Shown piece by piece: positions 34,405-56,549 of a stretch of 64,000 bases of DNA. The translations under genes were made by a program, and so were the position numbers. Source of the stretch: the human T2T-CHM13v2.0 reference genome, Homo sapiens. The DNA lies in assembly GCF_009914755.1 (NCBI RefSeq), contig NC_060930.1. One strand, written 5' to 3'. Numbering within the stretch: the first letter of the stretch is position 1; each line of letters opens with the position of its first letter. The notes under the pieces were generated by a model. That model was not told the origin of the DNA and ran no database searches. It worked only from the letters and a program-made list of their open reading frames with translations.

Positions 34405-37400
34405 TGTTTGCTGCCTTCTTGTATGTCTTCTTTTCAGAAATGTCTGTTCATGTCCTTGGCCCACTTTTTAATGGGGTTATTTGTTTTTCTCTTCTTGAGT
34501 TGTTTGAGTTTCTTGTAGATTCTGGATATTAGCCCTTTGTCAGATGCATTGTTTGCAAATGTTTTCTTCCATTACATAGATTCTCTGTTTACTCTGTTGA
34601 TTATTTCTTCAGAAACTTTTCATTTAATTACGTCCTATTTGTCTATTTTTGTTTTTGCTGCATTTCCTTTTGACAACTTAGTTATAAATTCTTTGCCTAA
34701 TGTCCAGAAGAGTTTTTCCTAGGTTCTCTTTCAGGATTTTTATAGTCTGAGGTCTTACATTTAAGTTTTTAACCCATGTTAATTTTGTATCTGGTGAGAG
34801 ATAGGGGTCCAGTTTCATTCTTCTGCATATGGCTCTCCAGTTTTCCCAGTACCATTTATTGAATGGGTGTCCTTTCCACAGTGTATATTCTAGTTGACTT
34901 TGCCAAAGATCACTTAGTTGTAGGTATGTGGCTTTAGTTCTTGGTTCTCTATTCTTTTCTATCAATCTAAGTGTCTTTTTAAAATACCAGTACCATGCTG
35001 TTTTGGTTACTATAGCCTTGTAGTATAATTTGAAGTCTAGCAATGTGGTTTCTCCAGCTTTATTCTTTTTGCTTAAGTTTACTTTGGCTATTTGGGCTCT
35101 TTTTATTGTTCTGTACAAATTTCACTATTATTTTTTCTAATTCTGTGAAGAATGACATTGGTAATTTTATAGGAATTGCCTTAAATCTGTAGATTGCTTT
35201 CAGTATTATACTCATTTCAACAATATTTATTCTTCTGATCCATGAACATGGTATGTTTTCCATTTATTTGTGTTATATATGGTTTCTTTCATCAGTATTT
35301 TGTAGTTCTCCTTGTAGAGATCTTTCACCTCCTTGGTTAAATGTATTCCTGGGTATTTTATTATTTTCATAGCCATTATAAATGGGATTGAGTTCTTGAT
35401 TTTGTTCTCAGCTTGATTGTTATTGGTGTACAGAAATGGCAATTTTTGTATGTTGATTTTGTATCCTGAAACTTTACTGAAGTCATTTATCAAATCTAGC
35501 AGTCTTTTGAAGGAATCTTTAGGGTTTTCTAGGTATAGAAACATATCAACAGTAGAGATTATTTGAGTTCCTCTTTTCCAATTTGGATGCCTTTTATTTC
35601 ATTCTCTTACCTGATTGCTATAGCTAGGATTTCTAGGACTATGTTGAACAGCAGTGGTGAAACTGGGTATCCTTGTCTTGTTATTAGGGGGAATGCTTTT
35701 AACTTTTCCTCATTCAGTAAAATGTTGGCAGTGGGTTTGTTATATACGGCCTTTATTATTTTGAGGTATGTTCCTTCTATGCCTAGTTGGGTAAGGGTTT
35801 TTATTATGAAGTGATGCTGGATTTTATTGAATGCTCTTCCTTCATCTATTGATGTTATCACATAGTTTTTTGTTTTTAATTCTGTTTATGTGGTGAATCA
35901 CATTTATTGATTTGTGTATGCTGAACCAACCTTGCATCTCTGGAATAAAATCCACTTGATTATGCTGGATTTTCTTTGTGTATTCGTTCCTGAATCTGGT
36001 TTGCTAGTATTTTTTTGAGGACATCTGCATCTATGTTCATCAGGAATAATGGTCTATAGCTTTCTTTTTTGTTGTGTCCTTGTCTGGCTTTGGTATCAGA
36101 GTGATGCTGGCTTCATGGAATGAGTTAGGGAGGATTCACTCCTCCTTGATGTTTTGGAACAGTTTTAGTAGAATTGGTAGCAGTTCTTCCTTCAACATTT
36201 AGCAGAATTTGGCTGTAAAACCATCTGGCCCTGGGCTTTTTTGTTACTGTTGAGAGATTTTTAATTACTGATTCAATTTCACTACTCCTTATTGGTCTGT
36301 TCAGGTTTTCTATTTCTTCTAGTTCATCTTGGGAGGATGTATATTTCTAAGAACTTATCCATTTCCTCTAGGTTTTCCAGCTTGTATGCACAGAGATGCT
36401 GATAGTAGTCATTAGTGATCTTTCGTATTTCTGTTGCATCAGTTGTAATGACACCTTTATTATTTCTGATTTTGCTTATTTGAATGTTCTCTTTTTCACT
36501 TGATTATCTAGCTATCAATTTTGCTTATTTTTTCAAAGAACAACTTTTAATTAATTCTTTGTAATGTTTTTGGTCTCAGTTTCATTTAGTTCTGCTAGCT
36601 TTTGATGTGGTTTGCTCTTGTTTTTCTAGTTCTTTGAGGTACAATGTTACATTGTTAATTTGAGATCTTTCTATCTTTTTTATGTAGGCTGTTAACACTA
36701 TAAAATTGCCTCTTAGCACTGTTTTTGCTGTACGTCAAATGCTTTTGGTATGTTGTGTCTATTTTCATCTGTTTCAAAACTTTAAAAAATTTCCACCTTA
36801 ATTTCATCATTGATCCAACAATCATTCAGGAGCAGATTATTTAATTTCCATGCATTTGTATGGCTTTGAGGGTGCCTTTTGTTATTGATTTCTAGTTTTA
36901 TTCCACTTTGGTCCAAGAAGGTACTTTACATTATTTCAATTTTTAAAATTTTTTTGAGACTTGCCTTGTGGCCTTGCATATGGTCATTTAAGAATGTTCC
37001 ATGGGCAGATGAGAAGAATGAATATTCTACAGGTGTATGGTAGAATGTTCTGTAAATGTCTGTTAGGTCCATTTGGTCTAGAGTCCAATTTAAGCCTAGA
37101 GTTTCTTTGTTGATTTTCTGCCTTAATGATCTGTCTAGTGCTGTCAGTAGAGTACTGAAGTCCCCTACTATGATTGCATTGCTGTCTTTCTCTTTTCTTA
37201 GGTCTAGTTGTATTTGTTTTATGAATCTTGGTGCTGTGGTATTCGATGCATATATATTTAGAAATGACATTTTTCTTCTGCAATTGATCCTTTTATGATA
37301 ATATAATGACCTTCTTTGTCTTTTTTTAACTATTGTTGATTTAATATCTGTTTTATCTGATATAAGTATAGCTACTCCTATTTGCTTTTGGTTTCCATCT

Positions 37401-37882
37401 GTATGGAATATCTTTTTCCATCCCTTTACTTTGACTCTGTAAATGTATTTACTAGTTAGGTGGGTTTCTTGTATGCAGCACATGGTTGGATTTTTTAAAA
37501 AAATCCATTCCATCAGCCAATATCTTTTAAGTGGAGCATTTAGCCCATTTATGTTTAATGTTAGTATTATATGTAGTATTGATAGCCTCGTCATGTTAAT
37601 TATTACCTACTTGCTTTACAGTCTCGATTGTGTAACTGCATTATAAGACCTGCAAAGAGGTCTTATACTTGCAAAGAGTTTAATACTTTCATGTGTTTTT
37701 ATGATGCTGAATATCACCCTTTTGCTTTTATGTTTAGAAGTCCTTTGAGCATTTGTTGTAGGTACAGTCTAGTGGTGATGAATTCCCTTATTGTTCGCTT
37801 GCCTGGGAAATACTTCATTTCTCCTTCATTTATAAAACTTAGTTTAGCAGGATATAAAATTCTTGCCTGGCATTTTTTAAAA

Positions 37883-38397
<515 letters not shown>

Positions 38398-38401
38398 TTA
38401 A

Positions 38402-38781
<380 letters not shown>

Positions 38782-39345
38782 GGATTTTTTTTTATAAGTG
38801 ATTAGATGCTTCTCTCTTTCTGATTTTAGGATTTTTTTCCCTTCACATTGACGTTAGATAGTCTGATGACTATATGCCTTGGTGAGGTACTTCTTGCACT
38901 ATATCTTACAATAGTTTTCTGATCTTCTTATATCTGGCTGTCTAGATCTCTGACAAAATTAAGGAAGTTTTCTTAAATTATTTCCTCAAATAGGTTTTCT
39001 GCACTTTTTACTTTTTCTTCTTCTCCTCTGGAATACCTATAACTAGTAGGTTGGGACACTATATATAATCCCATATTTCTGGAAGACTTTATTACTTTTC
39101 TTTCTTTATTTTTGTCTAACTGGGTTAATTCAGAAGCCCTGTCTTGCAGCTCTGAGATTGTTTCTTCTGCTTGTGCTGGGCTATTGTTAAAGATTTCAAC
39201 TGTATTTTGCAATTCCTTCAATAAATTTTTCTTTCTAGAATTTAGAAAAATCTATCTCATCTTTCATATCCTAAATTGTTTTTCTGATTTCTTTGTGTAG
39301 GTTTTCAACATTCTCTTGGATCTCATTGAGTTTCTCTAAAATCTA

Positions 39346-42080
39346 AACCAGGAAAAGTCAAGTCCCTGAACAGACAATAATGAGTTCTGAAATTGAGGCA
39401 GTAATTAATAGCCTACCAACCAAAAAAAGCCCAGGACCAGATGGATTCACAGCTGAATTCTACCAGGGGTACAAAGAGGAGCCGGTACCATTCCTTCTGA
39501 AACTATTCCAAACGACAGAAAAAGAGGGACTCCTTCCTAACTCATTTCACGAGGCCAGCATCATCCTGATACCAAAACCTGGCAGAGACGTAACAACAAA
39601 AAAAAATTTCAGGCCAATATCCCTGATGAACATCAATGCAAGAATCCTCAATAAAATACTGGCAAACCAAATCCAGCAGCACATCAAAAAACTTATCCAC
39701 CACGATCAAGTCAGCTTCATCCCTGGGATGCAAGGCTGGTTCAACAAACACAAATCAATAAACGTAATCCATCACATAAACAGAACCAATGACAAAAACC
39801 ACATGATTATCTTAATAGATGCAGAAAAGGCCTTCAACAAAATTCAACACCCCGTCATGCTAAAAACTCTCAATAAACTAGGTATTGATGGAACATATCT
39901 CAAAATAATAAGAGCTATTTATGTCAAACCCACAGCCAATATCATACCAAATGGGCAAAAGCTGGAAGCATTCCCTCTGAAAACCAGCACAAGACAAGGA
40001 TGCCCTCTCTCACCACTCCTATTCAACATAGTATTAGAAGTTCTGGCCAGGAAAATCAGGCAAGAGAAAGAAATAAATGGTATTCAAATAGGAAGAGAGG
40101 AAGCCAAAATTTATCTCTTTGCAGACGACATGATTGTATATTTAGAAGACCCCCATCGTCTCAGCCCAAAATCTCCTTAAGCTGATAAGCAACTTCAGCA
40201 AAGTCTCAGTATACAAAATCAGTGTGCAAAAATCGAAAGCATTCCTATACACCAATAATAGACAAACAGAGAGCCAAATCATGAGTGAACTCTCATTCAC
40301 AATTGCTACAAAAAGAATAAAATACCTAAGAATACAACTTACAAGGGATGTGAAGGACCTCTTCAAGGAGAACTACAAAGCACTGTTCAAGGAAATAAGA
40401 GAGGACACAAATGGAAAAACATTCCATGCTCATGGATAGGAAGAATCAATATCATGAAAATGGCCATACTGCCCAAAGTAATTTATAGATTCAATGCTAT
40501 CCTCATCAAGCTACCATTGACTTTCTTCACAGAATCAGAAAAAACTATCAAATTACACATGGAACCAAAAAAGAGCTCATATAGCCAAGACAATCCTAAG
40601 CAATAAGAACAAAGCTGGAGGCTTCATACTTCCTGACTTCAAACTATACTACAAGACTACAGCAGCCAAAACAAAATGGTACTGGTACCAAAACAGATAT
40701 ATAGACCAATGGAAGAAAACAGAGGCCTCAGAAATAACACCACACATCTACAACCAACTGATCTTTGACAAACTGACAAAAACAAGCAATGGGGAAAGGA
40801 TTCCCTGTTTAATAAACGCTGTTGGGAAAACTGGTGAGCCATATGCAGAAAACTGAAACTGGACCCCTTCCTTACACCTTATACAAAATTAACTCAAGAT
40901 GAATTAAAGACTTAAACATGAGATCTAAAACCATAAAAATTCTAGAAGAAAACCTAAGCAATACCATTCAGGACATAGGCATGCACAAAGACTTCATGAC
41001 TAAAACACCAAAAGCAATTGCAACAAAAGCCAAAATTGACAAATGGGATCTAATTAAATTAAAGAGCTTCTGCACAGCAAAAGAAACCATCATCAGAGTT
41101 AACAGGCAACCTACAGAATGGGAGAAAATTTTTGCAATCTATGCATCTGACAAAGGGCTAATATCCAGAATCTACAAGAAACTTAAACAGATTTATAAGA
41201 CAAAAACAACCCCATCAAAAAGTGGGCAAAGGATATGAACAGACACTTCTCAAAAGAAGACATTTATGCGGCCAACAAACATACGAAAAAAAGCTTGTCA
41301 TTACTGGTCATTAGAGAAATGCAAATCAAAACCACAATAAGATACCATCTCACGCCAGTTAGAATGGTGATTAAAGTCAGGAAACAACAGATGCTGGAGA
41401 GGACATGGAGAAGTAGGAACACTTTTACACTGTTGGTGGGAGTGTAAATTAGTTCAACCATTGTGGAAGACAGTGTGGTGATTCCTCAAGGATCTAGAAC
41501 CAGAAATACCATTTGACCCAGCAATCCCATTACTGGGTATATACCCAAAGGATTATTAATCATTTTACTATAAAGACATATGCACATGTATGTTTATTGT
41601 GGCAATATTCACAATACCCAAGACTTGGATCCAACCCAAATGCCCATCGATGATAGACTGGATAAAGAAAATGTGGCATATATACACCATGGAATACTAT
41701 GCAGCCATAAAAAAGGATGAGTTCATGTCCTTTGCAGTGACATGGATGAAGCTGGAAACCATCATTCTCAGCAAACTAACACAGGAACAGAAAACCAAAC
41801 ACTGCATGTTCTCACTCATAAGTGGGAGTTGAACTATGAGAACACATGGACACAGGGAGGGGAACATCACACACCAGGGCCTGTCATTGGGTAGGGGACT
41901 ACGGGAAGGATAGCATTAGGAGAAATACCTAATGTAGATGATGGGTTGATGGGTGCAGCAAACCACCATGGCACGTGTATACCTATGTAACAAACCTGCA
42001 CATTCTGCACATATATCCCAGAACTTAAAGTATAATTTAAAAAAAAGAAAAATAAATAAATAAATAAAATAAAAACGAAA
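39346..42080 (+). mobile_element. 5'-truncated L1PA7-like element
   Basis: ORF2 fragments 39380..41832; 3'UTR and A-rich tail; TSD aaaatcta. Confidence 0.95.
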
Positions 42081-43427
42081 AAAATCTATTTCTATTGGGT
42101 ATTGCAGTTCAACCTCTGAGCCAACAGGTGGCACTTGCAGATAAGAGCTAGCTGCAGCCAATGCAGATGGGTATATGCTTTGCTTGATCTTTATCGTGGG
42201 AAGCTCTCTGTTGCCTTAGGCAATGGGCTGTCAGGTGGAAGGCAGAGTGGTCTCAGTTTCCTGCTCAGCCCTGGAGAAGAGACCAAGCTGAGTGAAGCCT
42301 AACTGGGCTGACCCACCTACATGTCTTCCAATGGCAGGCACCAGCACCAGCTCCAAGAGGGGATCTGGGCATAGTTACCAAGTACCCACAGATGTGCCAG
42401 GTCATGGAGTGGAGAAATCTGCTGCCCCAAGTTCTCTGCCTGGGAAAAGAGGGGCAGCCCAAACTCCTCATCCTCATCCTAGGGCAGCCTAAGCTCCTCA
42501 TTTGGAGGACCTAGAAGAGTGGATGCTCCAAATGCCTGGAGATGTGTCCTGGCATGGAGTGGAAAGGATGCTGCTGCACCAAGATGTTTGCACCTGAAGG
42601 GAGGGGTAGCTCAGGCTCCTAATTCAGGCTAGCAGGTGTGCCTAATGCCTAGAAATATGACAGGCATGAAGTGAAGAGAGTGCCACTGCAATGAAATCTG
42701 TGAACAGGAAGGGAGGGGTGGCTAAGGCTTCTAAACAAAGTGACTGGGTTTTATACCACATCTTCTTTATCCAGTCCTCCATGGATGGACACTTAGGTTG
42801 ATTCCATATCATTGCTATTAATAGAGCTGCGATAAATATATGAGTGCAGGTATCTTTTTGATATAGTGATTTCTTTTCCTTTGGGTAGATACCCAGTAGT
42901 GGGATTGCTGGATCGTACTGTAGTTCTATTTTTAGTTCTTCATTCAACCTTTTTTTGAAATAAAATTTAATGGCTTTATAGTATTTTATCAAACAAATAA
43001 ACCTTAATTTGTTTAATCACCCCTTACTGTTAAATATTTATGTCATTTGTAATTTTATTATAACACTGTGAAGAAAATCTATATAGAAAATCTTTATTTT
43101 ACTAACATTGTGTTTTTTTTTACAACATCTGTAAATCTTTGTCCAAATATTATATATTTCTTCAGATTAGATTCCTCACATGACTTCAGGTCAAAGGGAA
43201 TGAAAGAGTAAACATTTTAAAGTCTTTTCATACACATTGCCACATTGCTGCCAAAAGCATCTGTATCAATTTTCATACTTCCTAACAGTGTTTGAAAGTG
43301 ACTCTATCAGTACAGCCTCACTATTACCAATTGTCAAAAACTTTGCCAATTAGATGAGAAATTGTATCTCATTGTTTTAATTTTTATTGAAACAAACGTT
43401 AAAAATTTTCTTTAAAAATTTTTTTTT

Positions 43428-43930
<503 letters not shown>

Positions 43931-44104
43931 TAAACATTTTCAATGAACCATTTGTATTTCTTCTTTGATAAAATCTGCTCACATCCCTTGCTTGCTTTTT
44001 GATCACATATTAGATTCTCTACAGCTTTCTAAGAAATTAATGTTATATTTATTATAAATACTTTCCCCAGCTTGTCCTTTGTCTTAAATTTTTGATTTGT
44101 GTAA

Positions 44105-50257
<6,153 letters not shown>

Positions 50258-51450
50258 GTGTAAATTTTTTTATAGAGAGTTGGTCATTATTAAGTAGTCT
50301 ATTGAGATTTTCCCTTACAAGTTCTTCCATTGCATTTGTGTCTGGAATCCTTGACCATTCCAAATTATTTCAATGTTAATACACTTTCTACTAGTTTAAA
50401 TAAAATATCATTTTTACGTTTAACTATTTAATATATATGGAATTTATTTTTATTTTGATAGAAAGTGAGAATCTAAATAGTTTCTTCCCAACAGTTAATC
50501 TTATCAACACCATTAAATAATTCTTTCCTTTTGGATTGTGATGTAACCTTTGGCATATACTAAATTTTTATCCATACTGAAGTTTGTTTCTGTACCCTCT
50601 TTGTAGTTCTGTTGCTTCTGGCATGTTTATCAGGCCTATATACCATTTTAGCATTACAACATATTTTACTAGTTAGTAGAGTAAGTCTCCCTCTATCATA
50701 CTTCTTTGTTGAACTGTTCTAGTCTCAATTATTGGTTCTTCCAGAGAAACTTTAGAGTGATGCTGTCAGTTTTAAAAAATTTGATATTTTTATTAGAACT
50801 GTATCAAATCTATAAATTGAGAAAGATACCTTAATAAGATTTTATCTTTACATTTAAGAATTTATGTCTCTATTTATTGATATATGCTTTTGTTCACATT
50901 AAAAGTTTAATAATTTTATTCATGTGGATCCTTCATCTTTATTTCAAACTTAGTTACATTACATTTATGTTCTTGTCACATGTGGATTGTTAAAATTCTT
51001 TTGGCTACCTTATTTCTAAATGAAATTATTAGCTCCATTGTTTTTTAGATTATTTTCTTGGATATTTTAAAAGTAAATAGTATCAACTGAAATAATGATT
51101 ATGTTTCTCCTCTATTCTAATAATTATTCCTGTTATTATGTTTCAAGGCATTGTATAAAGCTAAAATTTCTATAAATCATTAAGAATGGGTGTGACAGCA
51201 GTTGGGCATGGTGGCAAGTAGTCCCAGCTTCTTGAGAGGCTGAGGTGGGAGGATCACTTGAGCCCAGGAGTTTGAGAACAGTCTGGGCAACATAGCAAGG
51301 CCCCATATCCTAAAAAAATAAATGAGTGTGATAGGAATATCATTGTCTTATTTCTGACTTTAAGGTTATGTGGTCTGCAGCCTGAAGCCAAACTCATTTG
51401 TCATGTTAATAAGGTATTCTGCTATCCTTAATGTGACAAGATAATTTATT
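50258..51450 (-). mobile_element. Ancient L1ME fragments, continuing 42960-44100
   Basis: Highly degenerate L1 3' ORF2 sequence on both sides of the L1PA4/5. Confidence 0.55.
51198..51322 (+). mobile_element. FLAM Alu monomer
   Basis: Single monomer with A tail. Confidence 0.82.
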
Positions 51451-52293
51451 GAGATATTCATTTGAGTTTTTTCTTGCTATTTTTTTTTCATCCCCACTCT
51501 GAGAAGGGAGCCAGGATCTCCAGGCTCCTTTTTTGGAGAAGTTTGTGTGGCAGAGCTGAATGCATTAGATGTCTTTCTGATTTCAATTTATCCCACATGA
51601 TTCTGATGCAAATGGATAAAGAGCAAATACTGAGCAATTTTGGAGTAAGAAAGAGAGAAATGAAACATGATGGGCATCTCCCATGCCTTCAGGAAAAGAG
51701 GTGGCTTGAAAGGAGAGGTGCTACTGTTGTTGAAGTAGCCCAAGTTGCTCAAGTTCAGGAACATTCAAAGCTGAGGTGAGGAAAGGTTTGAGGGATGAGG
51801 ACTTGGGTACCTGAGGATGCAAGTTTTGGATGAATCGGCCACACAGCTTTATTTTGGGAATATACTGAGGTGATTCCTTAGTTGGGATAACTGTGGGGAG
51901 AAGGTGAAAACCTTCCCCAGGATTTCATATTCCAAAGAATTCCAGAGTATGTGGCCAGGCAGAGGGGTGAGAAGGCTCTGAGGCTGGGGACTGTGCCTGT
52001 TGGGAGAGTGGTGAGGACAAGGGCCCCTGAGAAGCCTTTACATGTGGTCTATGTCCAGTCTAGTATCACCAGAGAGAATCATGGAAATCAAACTCTCAAG
52101 AGTTTGATCAAATAAAATTAAAGTGGCACTTCCTTTTGACAAAAATGGTATAACATTTTTATACATTACTCATTCTTCTATCCTCCTGTGATTTAAACTT
52201 AAAATATTTACTTTTTCTGCATTTAAACATACTATTTCTGGATTCCCTTACTCTATACTATTTTATGTTTACTTTATATTTTATCACTTGTGA

Positions 52294-52337
<44 letters not shown>
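52294..52337. repeat. (ATAG)11 tetranucleotide microsatellite
   Basis: Perfect 44-bp run. Confidence 0.98.
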
Positions 52338-53335
52338 GAGACCGAGACTGGGGGAAGCAGAGGAAATAGGACATGACCCAGAGAGATGTAGGAGGCACAG
52401 AAAGACATAACGACAGTGCCAAGTACATGGTGCGAAGTACACAGAAATGAACAAGAACAGATAGGTACAGATGTTAGAGGGAAACCATGTAGACAGAGAA
52501 GCAGAGCAAATCATGTTAATGACACAGAAGGGTGCAGAGATAAAAGAACAGGCTGTGGTTAGATGTGCAGTTGGATAACAGGTCATGAGCTTCCACTGCA
52601 AAACACAGAGTGGCAGGTTTGACACAAAAGGCCCATCTCCCTAGAGGTTGCTACTGTTTTTCTGTTAGGTACTGGGCAAGTACCTTTCATATAGCCAGTG
52701 TAACAGCTTCACTCAACAAAACTGCTCAGAGCAGAAGCAGAAGACACAGCTGCTGTAGAGTAAGGTCCCATGTCCCTCTGCCTCTGCTTCCCTTGGGTGC
52801 TCCGTAGCCGGTCAAGGCAGAGAACAGGGAGAAGTGCGAATGGTTTGGTATGAACAAAATAATTTCTGTGCATTCTCCATGGCAAGGGAGTGACTCTTCT
52901 CTTCCTTTGGTAGAAACAATATCTATCATTATTTCTATATTTTTAAGGCTTTAAAATACTGTTAAACTATAATTCTAAAAAATTATTTAAAAAATGCTTA
53001 ACTGATCCATTTGCAAGTAAAATATAACCTATTTTCTTTCCCTGGACTGGATCATACATTAGGTCCAAGTGCATCAATCATATCTATTCTATACATGGGC
53101 TGTGAGCTTCAGACAAAAAGCAATTTAATGGGAGGCACAGTTTTTAAAATGGGATAAAAAATGGTTGCAGCAACAATTAGAAAATAAAATAAAACCCTAA
53201 TATCATTTATAGAAGCATCAAAATACATCAAATACCTAAAAATAAAAAATAAACCTAATGAGAGACGTTGAAGACCTTTACCTTGAAAATTACAGAACAA
53301 TGCTGGGAAAAATTAAAGAAGACCTAAATTAATTA

Positions 53336-53693
53336 TAGTCAGTCTTCTGTATCCATGGGCTCTGCATCTGTGCATTCAACCAACCATGGATATAAAATAT
53401 TTGGAAAAAAAAAGGATGGTCATGTCTGTACTAAACATGTGCAGACTTGTTTTTCTTGTCATTATTCCCTAAACAATATAGTGTAAACAACTATTTACAT
53501 ACCATTTACATTGTATTAGGCATTATAAGTAATCTAAAAATGATTTAAAGTATATGGAAGGATGTGCATAGGTTATATGCAAATGTCATGCCATTTTATA
53601 CAAGGAACTTGAACATTCATGGATTCTGGTATCTGTGAGGGTCATGGAAATAATCCACTGAGGATATCCACTGAGGGTACTGAGGGATGGCTG
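53336..53693. mobile_element. Tigger3a/MER7A-like MITE
   Basis: TA-flanked; agtc...ctgtatccatggg / tactgagggatggctg termini. Confidence 0.85.
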
Positions 53694-53802
53694 TACAAAT
53701 ATTTTATGTTCATGGATTATAAGACTCAATATTGTAAAGATGATAGTCTTAACCAAATTTATCTAATAGATACAATGCAACCCGATCAAAATCCCAGCAG
53801 AG

Positions 53803-53804
<2 letters not shown>

Positions 53805-53840
<36 letters not shown>
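53805..53840. repeat. (GT)18 microsatellite
   Basis: Perfect dinucleotide run. Confidence 0.98.
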
Positions 53841-53844
<4 letters not shown>

Positions 53845-54028
53845 ATTGAGTAGCTCATTCTAAAATTTATGTGGAAGTAAAAAGGACCTATAATAGCTAA
53901 GATAATCTTAAAGAAGTAAGCAGAAGAAAACATAACATATGATACAGAGAAGGACGCAATGACAGGAGAAATAGGGTGCTGAAGGATTCACCCTCTCAGA
54001 TGTCATGATTTATTATAAAGCTACAGCA

Positions 54029-54380
<352 letters not shown>

Positions 54381-55379
54381 CTAATGGAACAGAACGAAGA
54401 GTCTATAAAGGGACTACACATATATGGCCACTTGATATATGATAGTGGAGAAAGGATGGCCTTTTCAATAAGTGGTGTTAGAGCAACTAGCTATCTATCT
54501 TGAAAAAAAAATAAAACTTGACCACATTGTGGTCAATGATTAGTGATGTTAAGTACCTTTTTATATGTATATTGGCCATTTGAATATTGTTTTTGATACA
54601 CAAAAATTAGTTTCAAATGGACCTTAGATCCAAATATGAAAGATAAAGCTAGGTTTCCAGAAGAAAACCTAGGAGAATATCTTCCTGATTTTGGGTAGGC
54701 AAATATTTCTGAAACGGAACATGAAAAGCACTAACTACTATGAAAGGAAAAATTAATAAATTTGATTTCATTAAAATTAACTCCTATTATTCAAGACAAG
54801 ATATTTGTAAAGATAATTGCAAAATATTCAACAAAGAGCTCATACTCAGAATACATAAACAACACATGAATCAAAAAAGAAACAATCCAATTTAAAAAAT
54901 AAAAACAAAACCCCCCAAACCCCAAAACAACATGGGCATATGACTTGTACAGGCCCATCTCAAAGGAGCATATCTCTAGCTGTTTATGAAAAATAGTTCT
55001 TCTAATCATAAAGATCACAGAACTGATGACAGGTAAAACTGTCTCCTGCACAGGTCTCTGGTCTTTTGAGAAATGACAACCTGATATGAGCTTTGGTGTT
55101 AAAATCTCATACGATTTAAACTACAGTCCCAGAGCTACAGTTTACCATCTAATACTATATATATTCCTATATCAGAAGTGTAGGATTCCTTGTAGATTTA
55201 TATGCTCCAGAATAAACTCTGAAGAGAATGGAGAAAAATTTCACTCAAGGGCAAATATGGAAATTCCACAGACCCAAACATGTCCCTCACTTGCAGATCT
55301 CCTCTGGGATGATTTCTCTTACCTCCCAGGCAGAGATGATGGCTCTGACCTTCATGGAATTCCTACACCTCATACACAT

Positions 55380-55565
55380 CTATCTGCCACTAGCACATGA
55401 TAACTCAGTTATTGGTTTACATGTCAGTTCCGTCTTCCCCACCTGACGGATAGCTCCTTAAAGGAAAGGGCTGTGTTTAATTCATCTTCAGATTCCTGGT
55501 ATCTAACATGGTATAGGGCAGATAGTAGGTACTCATAATATTTCTGAAGGACTAAACGGATGATA
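55380..55565 (+). mobile_element. L2 3' fragment
   Basis: agctcctt..agg..agggctgtgt...tagtaggtactcataatattt terminus. Confidence 0.6.
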
Positions 55566-56400
55566 GAACAACCTGAAGATAGGTATGCAGAAAACTTTGA
55601 AAAGTCTGTATGGGAAGCCCAAAGGGAGCCATGAGAACCCGAGAGTCAGAGAGGCTGGTAGAGCTGGGGACTTGAGGAAACCACCCAATGTGTTACAAAG
55701 AGGTTTCATACTCTAACATCCTACATATTTTTTTCACATAGTAATTTTAAGTTAAATCACAGAGATATACAGAAGTTCATCGAGGGCCTAAAAGATTAGT
55801 TCTGCATTTGACTTTTGCTCTGAATGTTTACTTAAGATCTTTGTACAAAACAGACCCATATGAATATCCTGTTCTTTATAAACAAACAGTAGGCCTTCTG
55901 ATCTGCCATTGATAGATAGCATTTGAGGATTTTTTTTTCCCTTTAGACTGGAACAGCACATGTGTGTCCTCTCATCTCCCCTATGAACACATGTTCAAGT
56001 TGGTTGGATGAAATTAATTAACCAGGGGTCAAAATTTGTCTTGGCTTATAACTAATTAGTTCATAGATGAAACATATAACTTTGGTACCTAGTACCAATA
56101 TGCATCATCTTTTAACTAACTGAACTGAATCAAAGACAATAAAATTTAATGAAGAATTAATTTCAAAGCATAAAGTTATATTACATAATTTTGTTTGTAA
56201 TTGAAAATTTACCAAAGAGCATCAGTAGTTGTTCACTGGGGTACTTCGCACTTAACAATGCTGACTACAAAATGTACATGAATTTGAAGGCTACAAATTT
56301 CAACATCATAAGACTCTAAAATAATTACACACATATTAGATTAACATTTTCTCAGTAATAGTTAAGTCACTGATAAGAATTGCCCAGCTAGATTTTTTAC

Positions 56401-56549
56401 CTCTCCAAGGACTTCCTGTAAGATTTCAGCATGTTTTTCATATGGCTGTTCAAAGTTTATATCCTGTGACATTTTTATAGTCTCTTCAATCATGGTCACA
56501 ACCTCTGGATGATCTGCAGTTACCTCTTCTATCAAGTCTTCTGTTGGGG
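56401..56549 (-). CDS. AK9: AK9 coding exon (149 nt, phase 1-0): APTEDLIEEVTADHPEVV...LQEVLGE
   Basis: tactttag|CCCCAAC ... GGAGAG|gtaaaa. Peptide in ORF 56362..56613. Confidence 0.95.
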
